Source of the DNA: Selaginella moellendorffii
Taxonomy: Eukaryota > Plantae > Lycopodiophyta
Assembly: GCF_000143415.4 (NCBI RefSeq)
Contig: NW_003314320.1
Location: 618,586-682,585 of the forward strand
DNA: 64,000 bases
Reading direction: 5' to 3'
Numbering within the stretch: the stretch's first letter is position 1; every line of letters begins with the position of its first letter. The notes below the pieces were generated by a model. That model made no database searches and was not told the origin of the DNA. It worked only from the letters and a program-made list of their open reading frames with translations. Shown piece by piece: positions 29,406 through 42,849 of this stretch. The position numbers and the translations under genes are program-made.

Positions 29406-32400
29406 GAACCCTAACCCTAATGTCCGTACAAAACGGTCAAAAGGGTCACACTAAGCGAAACACAAATTTAATCTAAACCGTTGAATGTATGTTCACCTTT
29501 TTTATTACTTAACAAGTTAATTTCAGACATTTACAAAATAAATTTACTTGATCTAAGTATAAAAATTATTAAAAAAAAAGTCTCCAATATCTCTATATGT
29601 GTTATACATATACTATATTAGTACCACAATATGGATCTTAGTAATCCTAATTTATCTATTCACAGGGTCATTTAATTGGTGATATTAAGTAAATTCTTGT
29701 TGGTGGTGGTGAGGATCAAGCTCCTAATAGCTTGAGCAACAGCTAGCTTTGATGTTTGCACAACTTCTAAATGGGTGTAACAATTGTTATAGCACTTGGT
29801 TGTGAATCAAGTGCTCCTACATACACCTAGTATATAACTAATGTTTGCATCTAATGCATTGCCTGATTTAGCATATGTGATTTAGCATTTCTGGATGGTG
29901 GCCACATATTATGGATGGGATGACATAGGGCGTTTCCTCCTTGTTTGCAAGGTGATGCAACACTATAATTTGCAAATCATAATGTTGCCTTCTTGCATGG
30001 TTTTCAAGAAGCCTTTGAATGCCATATAAATGAGGTCACCTCTGAAGTTAGGGTGGCAACATGGTGAAATAACAAATTGATTTGGAGGATGAGTCAAAAG
30101 TTAAGATTGTTCTATCATGTTTATAGTCTTATTGAAGCTTTTGTGATAAGACATTTGCTGATGTTATTGTGATTACTCACAGTATGGAGGAAAGCTTTAG
30201 TGATGTACCTCCTTATTCTCCAGCACTCTCATGTATACCTTCAGTCTGGATATTGATCTCACCTCAACTGCACTGCAGTAGCTATGGCAGTTGTGGGGGT
30301 GTAGACAGGCGTGGACACAGTCAAGGAGGAGGCTGTGGGTGTGGACTTGAGCCATATTGTTACAATTGTCAGGGTTGACAATATCATTGTTAGCTATTGT
30401 ATCTTAAAATGACGATAGTGATGTTGAAATGCTTTGTGTCAATCATTTCTAAAACTAATAAATTCTAATAAACATATCTTATTCTTCTCCTCTTACATGC
30501 ATAGATAATAGGAGGTTTCCTATTACCACTCTCTTTCCCAACTTATGATATGGAGTTGATGGAGAACAAATTATTAATATTCTCTAGTGTTATCTGGTCT
30601 TAAGCTTGGTGGATTTTAGCTTTATCTCATTTGTCTGGTATTTTATGATCTGTAGTTTGGAATTACAAGAGGCCTCATGTTCTCAGCCTTTATGAATTGT
30701 TTTTGTTAATTAAAGTCTTTAGTCTGGTTGTTGTGTATAGTATATATACCTCTGCAACTTAGGGAATATATGCACACTCTTTTGTTACATCAAGTTTATG
30801 ATATCATTTTGGGTGTCAATTTGTTGTATGCTACTAGGGTTCAACTATGACTTCAAGAAGAACCTCCTCATTATTCTAGGGCATCCTTCCCTTATTTATG
30901 TTCACCATGATTATTATTGAAGATCTTTGAACTCCTAGATCTTTTCTTGTAGAATGGGGTCATAATATAGAGAAATTTTATGCTTGTTTCCCAAAAATAT
31001 GTGGTCCCATTAATTAGGCTAGTCTAAAATGTGAATTCAACATAATATTCCTACTTTAAATATGCATTTTAATTATAAGTAGTTTGAGAATATAAAAGGA
31101 AAGGGTATAAATAAAAGTGCTCTTTTTTTTCAAGTTTTGGAAGATATGAAATTAAGCATCCTTGGGTTTGAGTAACATAAGTAGTATAATCTATAGGTTA
31201 TATAAGAGGAGGAGGGGGTTTCCAAAAATATAGTAAGGATAATGAGGTGCAAAAATTAGTCTTGAAAGAACTCTCTAGTGATGCTTCCAAACTAACTTAA
31301 GGTTAAGGTTAAGGGGTTAGGGGCTTTGGTGGGAGTGAGCATGGACTTGGGTGGTGCCAAAGAGGCCACTTAGTAAAGTGCTCAAAAGTAATTTCCATTC
31401 TCGAAAAAGAAATCAACTATAGTGTTCCCAACTCATGTGGAATGGTGTCCTATTTGAGTACCATGTAGCTCATTAATCCTTGCTCCTTCCTAAAAGTTTA
31501 TGCCTTCCTTTTAGAATGGAAATGGGGAGTAAAGGTACCTATATCAGGTTGTTAAGTCATAATGTTCCTCCCTAAGGTTCTAAAAGTAAGAGATGCATCC
31601 AAAACTTGGGATTTAAAGGGTTCTATGATCAAATCTTATTGTACCGAGGAATGTTAAAAAGATAATTTAGTCATCTCTTAGGATCATGGTAGAATAAAAG
31701 ACCTTAAGGACTTAATTTGAAAAACTTGTGAGCCCTTTGTGACCATAGGCTCTAAACAAGTGTCTAGTTGCACACTCATTTTCCCAACTTCACCATCAAG
31801 CCATAGGGCAAAGAAGACTTCCTTTCTACTAATTGTTCAAAGGTTTCCTTATGCCTTGAAAAAAGGATAAATTTTGTGTATGTATATAAAAGACTAACAC
31901 TATCATTAATTATTATATTTTTTGCATATCTCATTAATATTTGAAAAAAAGACACCCCAAATTTTGCTATATACATTTTCTCTTTAACCTTGATCCCATA
32001 TCACTTTAAAAATATTTAAAAATAAGATTCACAATCTGCATAGCAACAACTTACTTTTGATCTTAAATCAATTTGATTTCTATGGAATCACACAAAATAT
32101 CAGGTATTTTAAGATCCTCTTACACCTTCTTCATGAAATTGTAACAAAAATATAGGAAGATATTGCTTTCATAAGCCTCAAATCTTACATAGCTTTTTTT
32201 GGACTGAAAATCAAAATGATGTCCAATATATGAGTTGTGTTTAGGGGTTACCCTTTTGCTCTCTAAACATCTTCCATCTCCTGTAATTTCCCAAATCAGT
32301 GAATTTTTTTCTACACCAGTAGCATCTGATTGGAAAGAACCTCTTTTCATTCCGTATAAATTTCATCCCTCAAAATAACCTTGAATTCTATGTCAAGCTG

Positions 32401-33232
32401 TTGCCATATCTCATTCCAAGAAGTTCTTTTCTCGTTCAAGAGTGCTAAACCCTTTACTAGTGGACTCTATTTACACAAAGTTTTGCTATTGAATAGAAAA
32501 TCTAAATTTGTCTACAATATCACACCAGTAGATTTGAGATCATGTGCCATAAAAGCATTTAGAGAGGTGAAACTTTTTTTTGATTGTCAGCTATTGTAGC
32601 AAATTTGAAACAACTTTCACTTTAAACTTTGAGGAACAATTGAATGAGCTTGTATCCAAAAGTTTCATGTGCTCATGGTTTGGCTTTCTACTTTTCCTTA
32701 TTTAACTCCATTATTGGCTACATTTAGTTCTTTTGTAGCCATTTTTCTTTGTGCAACTTGACTTTTCAAAGGGTCAAGGCTCTTCTTCATGTTGTTGTTA
32801 CTCCTCTTCCTTCTCAGAATCATCTTTAAGCAATTTAGAATTCTCTATCTACTTAAGATTTTTAGTTTGCTCACTTTTTTGAGAATTGCTTGATAAAGTT
32901 TGAAAAAAGGTTCCTTTACCTATGCTATGCCTTTGTTTTTTGTGGTATAGATGGCAATATTCTCAATAAATATTGCCTTCTTGCACGTGTTCTAGCAACC
33001 CACTTAAGTCTAAAAAGAGTAAATATAAATATGAAGAAACAAAAACAAAAACTAAGATCAATAATTGCAAAGTAAAGTGGCTAAATGTAGGAATTGGCTA
33101 TGAATCAAACTATCATATTTAGCACAACTACATTCAAATTACCAAACCATAGAGGGAGGTATAGTGCCACTCCCTTTCATGTGATAGCTCAAATAGCAAG
33201 TCCGAGTGGTGGCATTTACCACTGCCATGTGA

Positions 33233-33235
<3 letters not shown>

Positions 33236-33272
<37 letters not shown>

Positions 33273-33380
33273 NNNNNNNNNNNNNNNNNNNNNNNNNNNN
33301 NNNNNNNNNNNNNNNNNNNNNNNNNNNNNNNNNNNNNNNNNNNNNNNNNNNNNNNNNNNNNNNNNNNNNNNNGGGGGGGG
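33236..33380. other. Poly-G run and ~100-N assembly gap
   Basis: G run to 33272, Ns 33273-33371, more Gs after; true length unknown. Confidence 0.95.
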
Positions 33381-33572
33381 TGGGAGCACTATGCTCCCCC
33401 CCTCTCCCTCCCCCTACTAAATTGATTACTTTGTTGGAAGAGTCTAAAGGAGTAATTGTATTAGATTCTTTCAATACTTCAATTTAGATTGCTTATATTA
33501 CAATTAGTTTCAAGAATTCAATTGTAAACAGTTTTATAGTGTGTTAAGGTACTTATAGAGTAACTTAGTTCT

Positions 33573-34900
33573 ATGAAATGTCACTTTTGTAAAGAGTTTC
33601 CACAATATGAAGAAGAAAGAATTCACATTTTTTATATTAACCTAAACGATGTGATGTTCACAAGAGTGGTAATTCATATTGGTCAATATAACCATCAAGT
33701 GATGAGTGGGACATACTTAAAGTCTTTAGATGTGGGTACATTTGTTGTTTCAAAGGTAGCAAATTAATCTCTAAGAGCTTGACTTGCAATTATAACTACT
33801 AAAGTAGCAAATTAATTGATTCTTCAAAATTTTTTACAATCAATTTTAAACATTATGACACTTTCCCCTCAATAATTAAGCAAAGAACAAAATAGTCTTT
33901 TGGCACTTACCAACAAACAACAATAAGATCTAGTCAACTTGAAATATTATTTTGTACTTACTTTAAAATAGCTTTAATCTTAACTTCAACAATATTAATC
34001 TCAAGATATTACTTCAATGCCATCAACACCAAAACAAAGTTAAAAGAAAGAAAGAGCAAACCACAACTCAAATCTCTTTAACAACCTAGCTAATCAATAT
34101 CAAAGATAATTTATTCAATATCCTCTTTACATGATGCAAATTGTGATAGAAATCTTTAGAAGGAAATCTTTTTTTTAGAATTCCTCAAGTTTTAATATAG
34201 TTTTAAAGCTCAAAAATGAGTTTAATTATTATATTAATAATTTTCTTTTATGTAGAGCACAATCCTAAATGATGATAGCTATTTATGAGATGAAAGGAGA
34301 AGATACACTAGCTCAAGTTTTTTTTTAGACACTAAATAAAACATACTAAATTGAAATAGAACCTTCACCAATGTTTTATGGTTTCATGAATGATGAAGCA
34401 TAAATAAATTAGCAAGTTATTAAAACTGTCTACCGTGGTGGTTTAAACAAGGTTTTAGTTAATTGAAAGGTAAGCTACTTTTTCCATTGGGAGCAGAGTT
34501 TATATAAACATACAAAGAAATATTCAAGTTGAATATTGTGATAAGCATAAGTAATTGTGTTGAAGATTAAAAGTTGCAAACACTTTAGAAGAGTAGAAAA
34601 GAAATATAAATTCATATATAATTTATGGTGGGCTAAAGGTATGTTTATGAAAAAGTAATTCCAATATTATAGACTTGGTTGCTATAGTGGTTTACTCATT
34701 TTTCACATTGGGGGACTAGTTATTTCTTAGATAAGCAAGTATTAGTATTGATATTTTTATTAATTCTCTTTTTATTGTAGATGAGTTTGATTTTTTATTA
34801 ATTATTTTTCTATTATAGATGAATTCTGAAATAGTTGCTACCCAAATTCCAACAACAAATCTTACTGAGAGTTATTATATGATGTGGCTAACAAAAATAA
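33573..34900 (+). mobile_element. Degenerate Mutator-like (MULE) DDE transposase relic
   Basis: In order: KCHFCK...TRVVIHIGQYNHQV (WRKY-GCM1-like finger); MIAIYEMKGEDTLAQ...FYGFMNDEA*IN*QVIKTVY (~34272-34435); FFHWEQSLYKHTK (~34480, CxxH region); PTTNLTES (~34850, catalytic E). Many stops and frameshifts. Confidence 0.6.
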
Positions 34901-36499
34901 GTGGCTTTAAATGTATACCTTTATCTAAAGCTTGGTAGAACAACTTAGTCATGTCTATCCTACAATAAGCTTTTGTGCATATTTATATGAAAGGTTAAGT
35001 TATATGAAATGAACCAAATCTTGAGGATTTGGTGGCAAGTTTATTTGTTACAATATCAATATGATTTTTTAATTGGGAACCTTAAAACTGTTAAAAGGAA
35101 GCAATGAACAAGTGAGTCGATGCAGTTGATAGATTTGCAACATCCCAAGTACAATTATATTATTAAAAAATGAGGAGGATTAGTGCTTTTGAGAAACCAA
35201 GAGTTTAAGTGCTTCTAAATCCTTCGCAGCACTATGATCAGTTCATGTGGTTTTGTCCAACAGAAGTACTTCACATATAGTTTATTGTAGCATAGATTAT
35301 CCAAAAACTAGAATGTGTATCACATATTTAGCTAGTTGAATGAGGGGTGAATTTGATGAATTTGGAATTTCAAACTTTAATTGAAGTAAACTTTAAATTT
35401 GAAGAGAACACTTTATAGTTATAATTACAAGCTCAACCTCAATATTATTCTTAAGAAGTTCTAAATAAGAAACAACAAATATATGAAGATTACAAATACT
35501 TGGTCAAAGGAAGCAAAAACAACATACTCAAAAGTATTATAGCTAAAGTGTAAGTTAAGAGTGTTAACATCAAACAATAATATCATCATCATGAATATAT
35601 AGTTTTTGCTTATAGAAGTGATATTATAAACAGGATTATAATCAACTAATTCTCAAGTTGCACTTGCACATACTTCTTTCAATATTAGATTTCTGATAAA
35701 TCTTTCATCCTTTGCAAATATATATATTTTATATATTGTATGCTTCTTGGGATGGATCCAAATGGTATTTCCCATAATAGGGATTTTATATAATAATAAA
35801 AATTTAATATAAATATACATTATAAATTAAAGGACACTTAATTATATAATTAGTATAAATACTTATTATTAAATATTAAAATAATAATTTCTTTTGTAAA
35901 TGAGTCGATAAGGCAAAACCTCTATTAAGATTAGATGCTGGTAGTTTACACAGATCTGAATATTATTAAAATTATAAATTTTGTTTAAAATACTTATTTA
36001 ATAAAAATCTATAATAATAATAAGAATGACCTTGGGCCGAGGTTAGTGGGAAATGTTGTGGCAGCCAATGGGCAAGATGCATGTGCGGCCGGGAAAGGAA
36101 AAGGGCATGGTGACAAATGTTACACCATGCACTCCTAGAACTCCATGGCTGCTCTGCATGGACGCAGTTGTGTGGGCATTCCTGTGAGAGTCTATGCATC
36201 TGTGAGCTCATAACAGGGGCAAGTAGAATGGTAATCAGGCACACAATCTAGGCTCCTTTCGGGATCAACTCACTTGCATATAGTGCATGAGCAACACCAC
36301 AAGCAGGGCTAGTGATGGAGTGCATCAGAAATGAAGAGCTGGGCTATGCTCGAATCCTAGAGCTGACTGGCACCATGGCAGTGGGTGTGGGTGATGCAAG
36401 GTATGCGAGTGACCTGAAGGTGTGTATGACTTGAAGGCATCGAAAGAGTTCTTTGAGCTGTCAAAGGAGGGGAAGCTGAAGAAGCTGAAGTACACTGCC

Positions 36500-37010
36500 A
36501 GTGATCCTCTAGCATCCGCTTGAAGAGCCTGAGAGCTGAGGCTATGTCTCCCTGGTGGAAGTAGCCAGAGATGATCGCGTTCCAAGTCATGGCGTTGCGT
36601 CCCACGCTGGCTGCCGAGTTTGAAAACTTTGCGAGCTTCCGCCATGCAGCCGCACCGTCTGTAGAAGCCCAGCAAAGAATTCATGACGACCACCTCGGCT
36701 TCCATCTCGGCATGACGGATCTGCTGGTGGATGGCCCTTCTGGTCTCCAGAGCCGTGGAGCTCCTGCAGGCCCGGAATGCGGCAGCGTAAGTTGAAGCGT
36801 CAGGTACTAGGGACTTGCTGCATCCACGAGAAGAGATCCAGCGCAGCCAGTGCTTGCTCTGCCTGGACATATCCAAGCATCAGCATTGTCCATAAGACAT
36901 CGTCGTGGCTCTCCATCCAGTCGAAGACTCTCCGCAGGTCCACCTCTTTGTAAACCACCCCTCGCGGGTAGCCCTCAACATGATTACCATCTGATTTCTG
37001 GTGTATACAT
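36500..37010 (-). pseudogene. PLS-class PPR gene fragment, frameshifted
   Basis: VFDWMESHDDVLWTMLMLGYVQ; PDASTYAAAFRAC...IHQQI...VVVMNSLLGFYRRCGCMAEARKVF; RNAMTWNAIISGYFHQG...ALRLFKRM, spread over three frames. Confidence 0.85.
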
Positions 37011-37099
37011 CTCGATACTAATAGTTGCGAGTAAGAGAGGCAGGAGCTGATGCAAATCAAAGCGAGCACGAAAGGATGAAATGCCACAGTTTTGAGGGT

Positions 37100-37400
37100 A
37101 GCCTTGGGGTTCCACACGTTGAATGATTTGAGTGTTGTGACAATGAGCATTTGCTACTAAAAACTTAACAAAATATTCTTTAGTGTGCCAGAATATTCTT
37201 AAGATATTCTTGTCAATGGTAATGTTTGGCTCCTTGTTCACACCCCATATTTCACACTCCATCCTAGAGCACCTTTCACTCATGATAGAGTGGCTCCTCC
37301 TCAATGGGCTTGAACATTGTGGAGATCTAGGAGAACACCACCAACTTGATGTTTGGATCTTTGGCCCTCGTTTTTAGATATCAACACATTGATCTTCCTT
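37100..37400 (-). pseudogene. RAD5/HLTF-like SNF2 helicase C-terminal fragment
   Basis: KINVLIS then (frameshift) KTRAKDPNIKLVVFS*ISTMFKPIEEEPL, matching the S-K-I-x-A-L...K-S-V-V-F-S-Q-F motif (stop = CAG>TAG); VWNP downstream. Confidence 0.55.
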
Positions 37401-37836
37401 TGTCATCATCTGTTACATTTTGGTGTTCTCTTTTTTCCCGATTTTCTCTTCGGCCAAAAATGTCGTAGCCTCCACACACAAGCGAGCATGGTAAGTCACT
37501 GCTACCTATAGATGCTACCTTTGTGTGTAAGTGTGCTCTTGTATGTCCTCCGCCTCCCTCTCCATGCCTTTCTCTTTCCTCTTGATTTAGAATAATCTAC
37601 CCTTGAAGAAGCGGGCGACATTGCAGAAATGATTTAGGGTTGGAGGTGGTCTAAATTTATTGTCAACAAACCCACGGTTATGGGCGATTAAATAAACGCT
37701 AGAAACTGTATATACAAGTAATTCCGAACCAAAATGGAAAAGAAGGAAAAAAAAAAACCAGCGAACTAAGGAAAAGAGGAGAGAAAGACTTCCTACACCT
37801 AGCAGCAACCAAAAGAGCCACACACAAACACAAACC

Positions 37837-38936
37837 TCAAGGATGCGTGGAAGGACGGGAGCAGCAAAGACAGCGCAAGCACCAGTCTCGTTTGTTTCGC
37901 CAGTAGCTTCCTCGATTGGCCGGCGGCGGCATTCGAGCGGGGCTGGCGTTCCATTCGAATGGCAAACTGGTAAGAAAAACAGAGAAGAAAACATTGCGTT
38001 AGCTACGTAAGAACGAACACGGAAAAGAAAAACCACAACTTACATTGGGAATGCGAAGGAGCGCGTACTCGTACTGCTGCCGTCTGAGCGCCTTGAAATG
38101 CTCCCCCCGGAAATGGGACCCGAGTACCCAGACAGAGATATCGGCCCAGAGAATGGCAGCGGCGCTACGTCCGCGTCCTCGCCCTCGTCAAAATCTTGCG
38201 ACGCTGGCCTCAAGATCCGGTCTTTACGTCGAGGGCTGAGAGTACCGATGAGATCCTCCTTGTAGTTGTGGTCGAGCTCGAGCTCGCCTCCTCCTGGTAA
38301 TGGTGGTGGTGACAAAGTGGCAGAAGTAGTCGTCGCGTCCTCCTCCATTAATGAGCCTTGGACCGCTACCGCATTTCTTTTCTCCGGTGTTTGATCCTTT
38401 CCCTGTCCAAGAGTCGTCTCCTCGAATCCTTGACGTGATCCCGCGGATTCTTCCCTGAAGCTGGGAGTTGTGGAGCTTGAAACCACCTCCTCTCTTACTT
38501 CCCGGACCTCTGACGAATCTGGGAGATCATCGTCCTGGTTTCTCAGTTTTGGAGCGTCGCCATTCTCATGCTCTTCTTCTCCTAGCTCGCTTCCTCCTAT
38601 GTTGCTTAAGTCCACCACCGCATTTGTTGTTGGCTGTTCCAACTCTTTTCCTTTGTCTTCTACACCGTCTAGCTCTTGCTCCCTGTCGTGACACCGAGAC
38701 TCATCGTGAATTGCCCCCTTGTTGCTCGCCACCGTCTCGGATCTCTGCCTGTTCTGCAAATCTGAGTTTTGCAGCACCGATTCCAGCTTGCTGCTCGCGA
38801 AACCATTCTCCGTGTTGCCCAGGTTCTCCAGAAAGAGCTCCGGAGCGAGCCAGCTTCCCTGCTGCTCCTGATGCTGCTGCCTATCCATCCATGGCTTGCG
38901 ATTCCTCTTTGGATCCTTTGTAGGAGATAAAACCAT
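37837..38936 (-). CDS. BASL-D3-domain protein (BASL-like/'gar2-related' family), 2 coding exons
   Basis: Acidic disordered body; GPISLSGYSGPISGGSISRRSDGSSTSTRSFAFP spliced to ILPFEWNASPARMPPPANRGSYWRNKRDWCLRCLCCPRPSTHP*. Confidence 0.8.
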
Positions 38937-39643
38937 GGCTACCACAAAATTGACAGCCGTTCGATGCCGTCGCGGACGGGACAAATCCTGCTGTGTAAAT
39001 TTTCCTGTTTAGCCGCCCCACCCCTGGATAATCTTGTTCGATCGGAAGAAGGAAATAATTTTTCCCCCAATTTCTCGAGAATGCTGGGGAGAGATCGCAG
39101 CTGCTCTCCTCGCGCCCGCGGCTAGAATGCTGTCGTACGTAAATGCGGAGCAATAAATGCTGCTGACCCCGGAAAAATCTTGAAGGAAAGAAAACTTACA
39201 GCAGATCGATCGCCACGGCCGAGCCATAGATCGCGAGTGGAGCAGCAGCGCGCCGATTGATCGAGGAGCAATCCCGCGGGGATTTGTGGCGGCCGAGCGG
39301 CGCCCTCGCCTCTCCCTCTGGCGCAAATTGACTTATCACAAGGAGTGAATCCCGCTTTGGCATTCTAGGGCGTATGGAAAGATTCCGTCGCATATGCCGC
39401 CATTTTAAAGCATATCGAGCATATTCAGCTAGTTCTGGGCCATGGATGCACGTGTGAGGCCGTACAGTCATTGACCTCGCGGCAGGTTCTGGGCCGTCGG
39501 ATATCCAGCCCTCGCATTCCCCCTCAGAAATATCGTCGGCCGGCCCTTCTGATCTCGACCGTCCACCTCCCTGGGCGGAATGGCCATCAAATTGCGAATT
39601 CTGGAACCCCCGTTCCATGGTTTTTGCTCGCTCCTCTCCTGCG

Positions 39644-42011
39644 ATGGCGATGGCGGCACCTGGATCCGTGTGTTCTTCTTCCTCCCTGCTGGATTTTGGA
39701 GCGCTGGATGATCCGTGCCACCGCCTGTGCAGCCAGTTCACGGGGACGAGGATCCGCTGTGGTGTTGCACCCCGGAGCGCAAGGCTTGCCGCGGCGCAGA
39801 GGAAAAGATTGGCCGCGGCCAGGGCGACGCTCCTCCAGCAGCAGCAGCAGATCATCCCGATGTCGCCGCAGGATGGAGGCAAGGATTTCGTCACGGACAC
39901 GATGCCGGTGAGTGTTCTTCCGCCTTGCATGTCGAATGCGGTGTGATCTTTGCGTGGAATTTCGCTCTGTCGCATCATAGGTCGTGCCTGCGATCGACAA
40001 ACCCGGAGGGATGTGGACGAAACCGAGCTTCCAGCGCAAGACGAAGATTGTTTGCACTATCGGGCCATCGACCAACACCCGTGAGATGATTTGGAAGCTC
40101 GCGGAGACTGGCATGAACGTAGCACGGCTCAACATGTCGCATGGAGACCATGCTTCTCACAAGAAGGTGATCGATCTCGTCAAGGAGTATAACGCGCAAT
40201 CCGCTGATAATGTGATCGCTATCATGCTGGATACCAAGGTGGGAAGATCATGTTTTTATTTTCTGGTGTTCATGGTTTCTCTTTTTGCTTCTTTCCAGGG
40301 ACCGGAAGTAAGGAGCGGAGATCTTCCTCAACCAATCAAGCTAGAAAAAGGAGATGAGTTCTCGTTCACGATCAAGCGTGGTGTTGGCACTGAGAAGTCC
40401 GTCAGTGTCAATTACGATGATTTTGTGAACGATGTCGAGGTTAATGACACTCTTCTTGTTGACGGTGGGTTTTATGCGAAGGTTTTTCTTGCAAGTGCTT
40501 ATCATCCTGTTTATTTCTTCACCAGGAGGAATGATGGCCTTCCTTGTGAAATGGAAAACAAGTGATACCGTGGGCTGTGAGGTTCTCGATGGTGGCGAGC
40601 TCAACTCTCGACGTCACCTTAATGTCAGAGGGAAGAGTGCTACCCTTCCTTCAATAACGGAGAAGGATTGGGAGGACATCAAGTTTGGTGTGGAGAATGA
40701 GGTAGACTACTATGCTCTTTCTTTCGTTAAGGACGCGCAGGTAGTGCATGAACTGAAGTCGTATTTACAAAGTAAGCAAGCATAACCATTGTTCTTTTGT
40801 TTTCCATATTTCTTGGCCTGAAATTAATTGTCTGACAGAGTCCTCGGCGGATATTCATATTATTGTGAAGATCGAAAGTGCTGATTCGATACCAAATCTT
40901 CAATCCATTATCGATGCTAGTGACGGGGTAAGACTAAGGTTTACTTTACGCCGTTTCTGAGAATTATATCGCATTCTTTTGCGTATCCAGGCTATGGTTG
41001 CTAGAGGAGATCTTGGTGCCGAGCTTCCTATTGAAGACGTTCCCCTCCTTCAGGTTGGTTCTCGCTCTCTAGAAACTTAATGTGATTCAAGCTTCCGTTT
41101 TCCGCTTGGTTCGAGCAGGATGAGATTATTACCAAGTGCCGAGAGAAAGGCAAGCCAGTTATTGTGGCGACCAACATGTTAGAGAGCATGATAAACCATC
41201 CGACACCCACGCGGGCCGAGGTCTCGGACATTGCTATCGCTGTGCGGGAAGGTGCCGATGGGATAATGCTCTCGGGAGAAACGGCTCACGGAAAGTAATA
41301 TCTCGTTCCTGCTGCCTTCTCGCTTGTCTGCTTTAAACTATTCTATTTTACAGGTATCCCCTCAAAGCAGTGAGAGTGATGCACACTGTGGCCTTGCGAA
41401 CTGAGGCTACACTTTCCGAGGAGGATTCACCTTGCACTCTTGGACGTGCTTTTAAGGTTTCTTTCTTCTGTTTGCCATGTCCGTTTCGTAACAATTCCTT
41501 TTTCTTTGTTGTCAGAATCACATGAGCGAAATGTTTGCTTATCACGCAACGATGATGGCAAACACGCTGGGAACATCGATCCTGGTCTTCACGAGGAGCG
41601 GTTTCATGGCTGCCCTCTTGAGTCATTACCGTCCCGTGGGGACTGTCTTTGCCTTCACAAACGAGTAAGCTCATCCCTCTGGCTCTTTTCTACGTTGCTA
41701 ACTCACAGCTCTTCTCTATTTCTCTTTTCCAGTAAGAAACTTCAAAGACGTCTGGCTTTGTACCATGGTGTAAGGCCAATCTTTATGGAATTCTCGGATG
41801 ATGCCGAAGAAACATTCTCTGGAGCCTTGGGCACTCTCCAAGTAAAGTTTCCAAATCTCTTCATTCTAGTCATAGCATGGATTGATCATCTCTTTTCCAG
41901 AATCGAAGCTTGATCAAAGGTGGAGAACAGGTTGCTTTGGTCCAAAGTGGGAAGCAGCCAATTTGGCGATCGGAGTCAACACATCACATTCAAGTTCGCA
42001 AGGTCGCTTGA
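39644..42011 (+). CDS. PKp: Plastidial pyruvate kinase (beta-type)
   Basis: Transit peptide; [13 protein letters not shown]; VARLNMSHG; MLDTKGPEVRSG; KIESA; [10 protein letters not shown]; ATNMLESMI; [10 protein letters not shown]. Confidence 0.95.
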
Positions 42012-42849
42012 GAAATACTACAAAATTTTGGTCACCAAATCGAGGAAATAATTTCTTTTTGTTTTTGAAAGCAATATCGTTTTGAAAGTGATCGTTTTTC
42101 TCTACATTAATTTGATCTATTCTTTCTCTAAAGCTTTGCCCATCCCTGCTATTAAACTTTGATGCTATGGTTGCTGACTTTTAATTGACTTTGATTCGAT
42201 TGTCTGCGGGAGATCCCAACAGATTCCAAAATCTTGTTACCGTTAAGTTAATCTCCTCGTCAAAGGTGTTGATCCGCCCTGGCCATTTTGTGCGCATTTA
42301 ATGGGCGCGTGACACGTGTCGATGTACGCCGCCGTTAAAGCCCGCGCATGCGTTGGCGGGTTCTAACCGCAGGATCGGCAGAATCGACGGCTGCTTGTGG
42401 GCGGGTTAAGCAGCATGTTTAGAGGTAATGAAAGCTGGCTTTGGATTAATCGCGACGCCATAGCCAGGAAGAAATTTCTTTTCTCATATAGTGTGTCTGC
42501 CTCTCAAATTTCTTGCGGCAGCTGCCGCGCGCTATACCTCCGATCTTGCTGCCACTGCTCTCCAGGACGAATTTTTTTCTAGGGTTTCCTAGGGTTTAGC
42601 GCGCCTTGCCCGGTGGTGGCATGGCATGGTAGATTGTGAGCTCCAGATGCGTCGGTGAGCTCCAGATGTGTCGGTGAGTTCCTACATTCTTCCCAGAAAG
42701 TCTTCTCGAAAAATTTCCCCTCTTTCTTGCGTGGCTTTGCCTCAATTGCTTTCTTGTTTGCATGCCAGGTCTCGCGATCAATGGCGCGCGCGAGGAAAAT
42801 CTCTCCCAACAGATAGCTAGCGGAGGAGGAGGGATCTCTGGCGAGAGGG

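Larger units (their letters stand above)
29450..36030. mobile_element. AT-rich, CpG-depleted island of decayed transposon sequence
   Basis: Abrupt compositional shift, no long ORFs, very few CG dinucleotides on manual reading; contains the MULE relic below. Confidence 0.7.

Noticed and set aside
31296-31325. TTAAGGTTAAGGTTAAGGGGTTAGGGG telomere-like run
   Set aside because: Too short and not a TTTAGGG array.
33094-33474. Gly-rich and Pro-rich ORFs across the gap
   Set aside because: Artefacts of the poly-G run and Ns.
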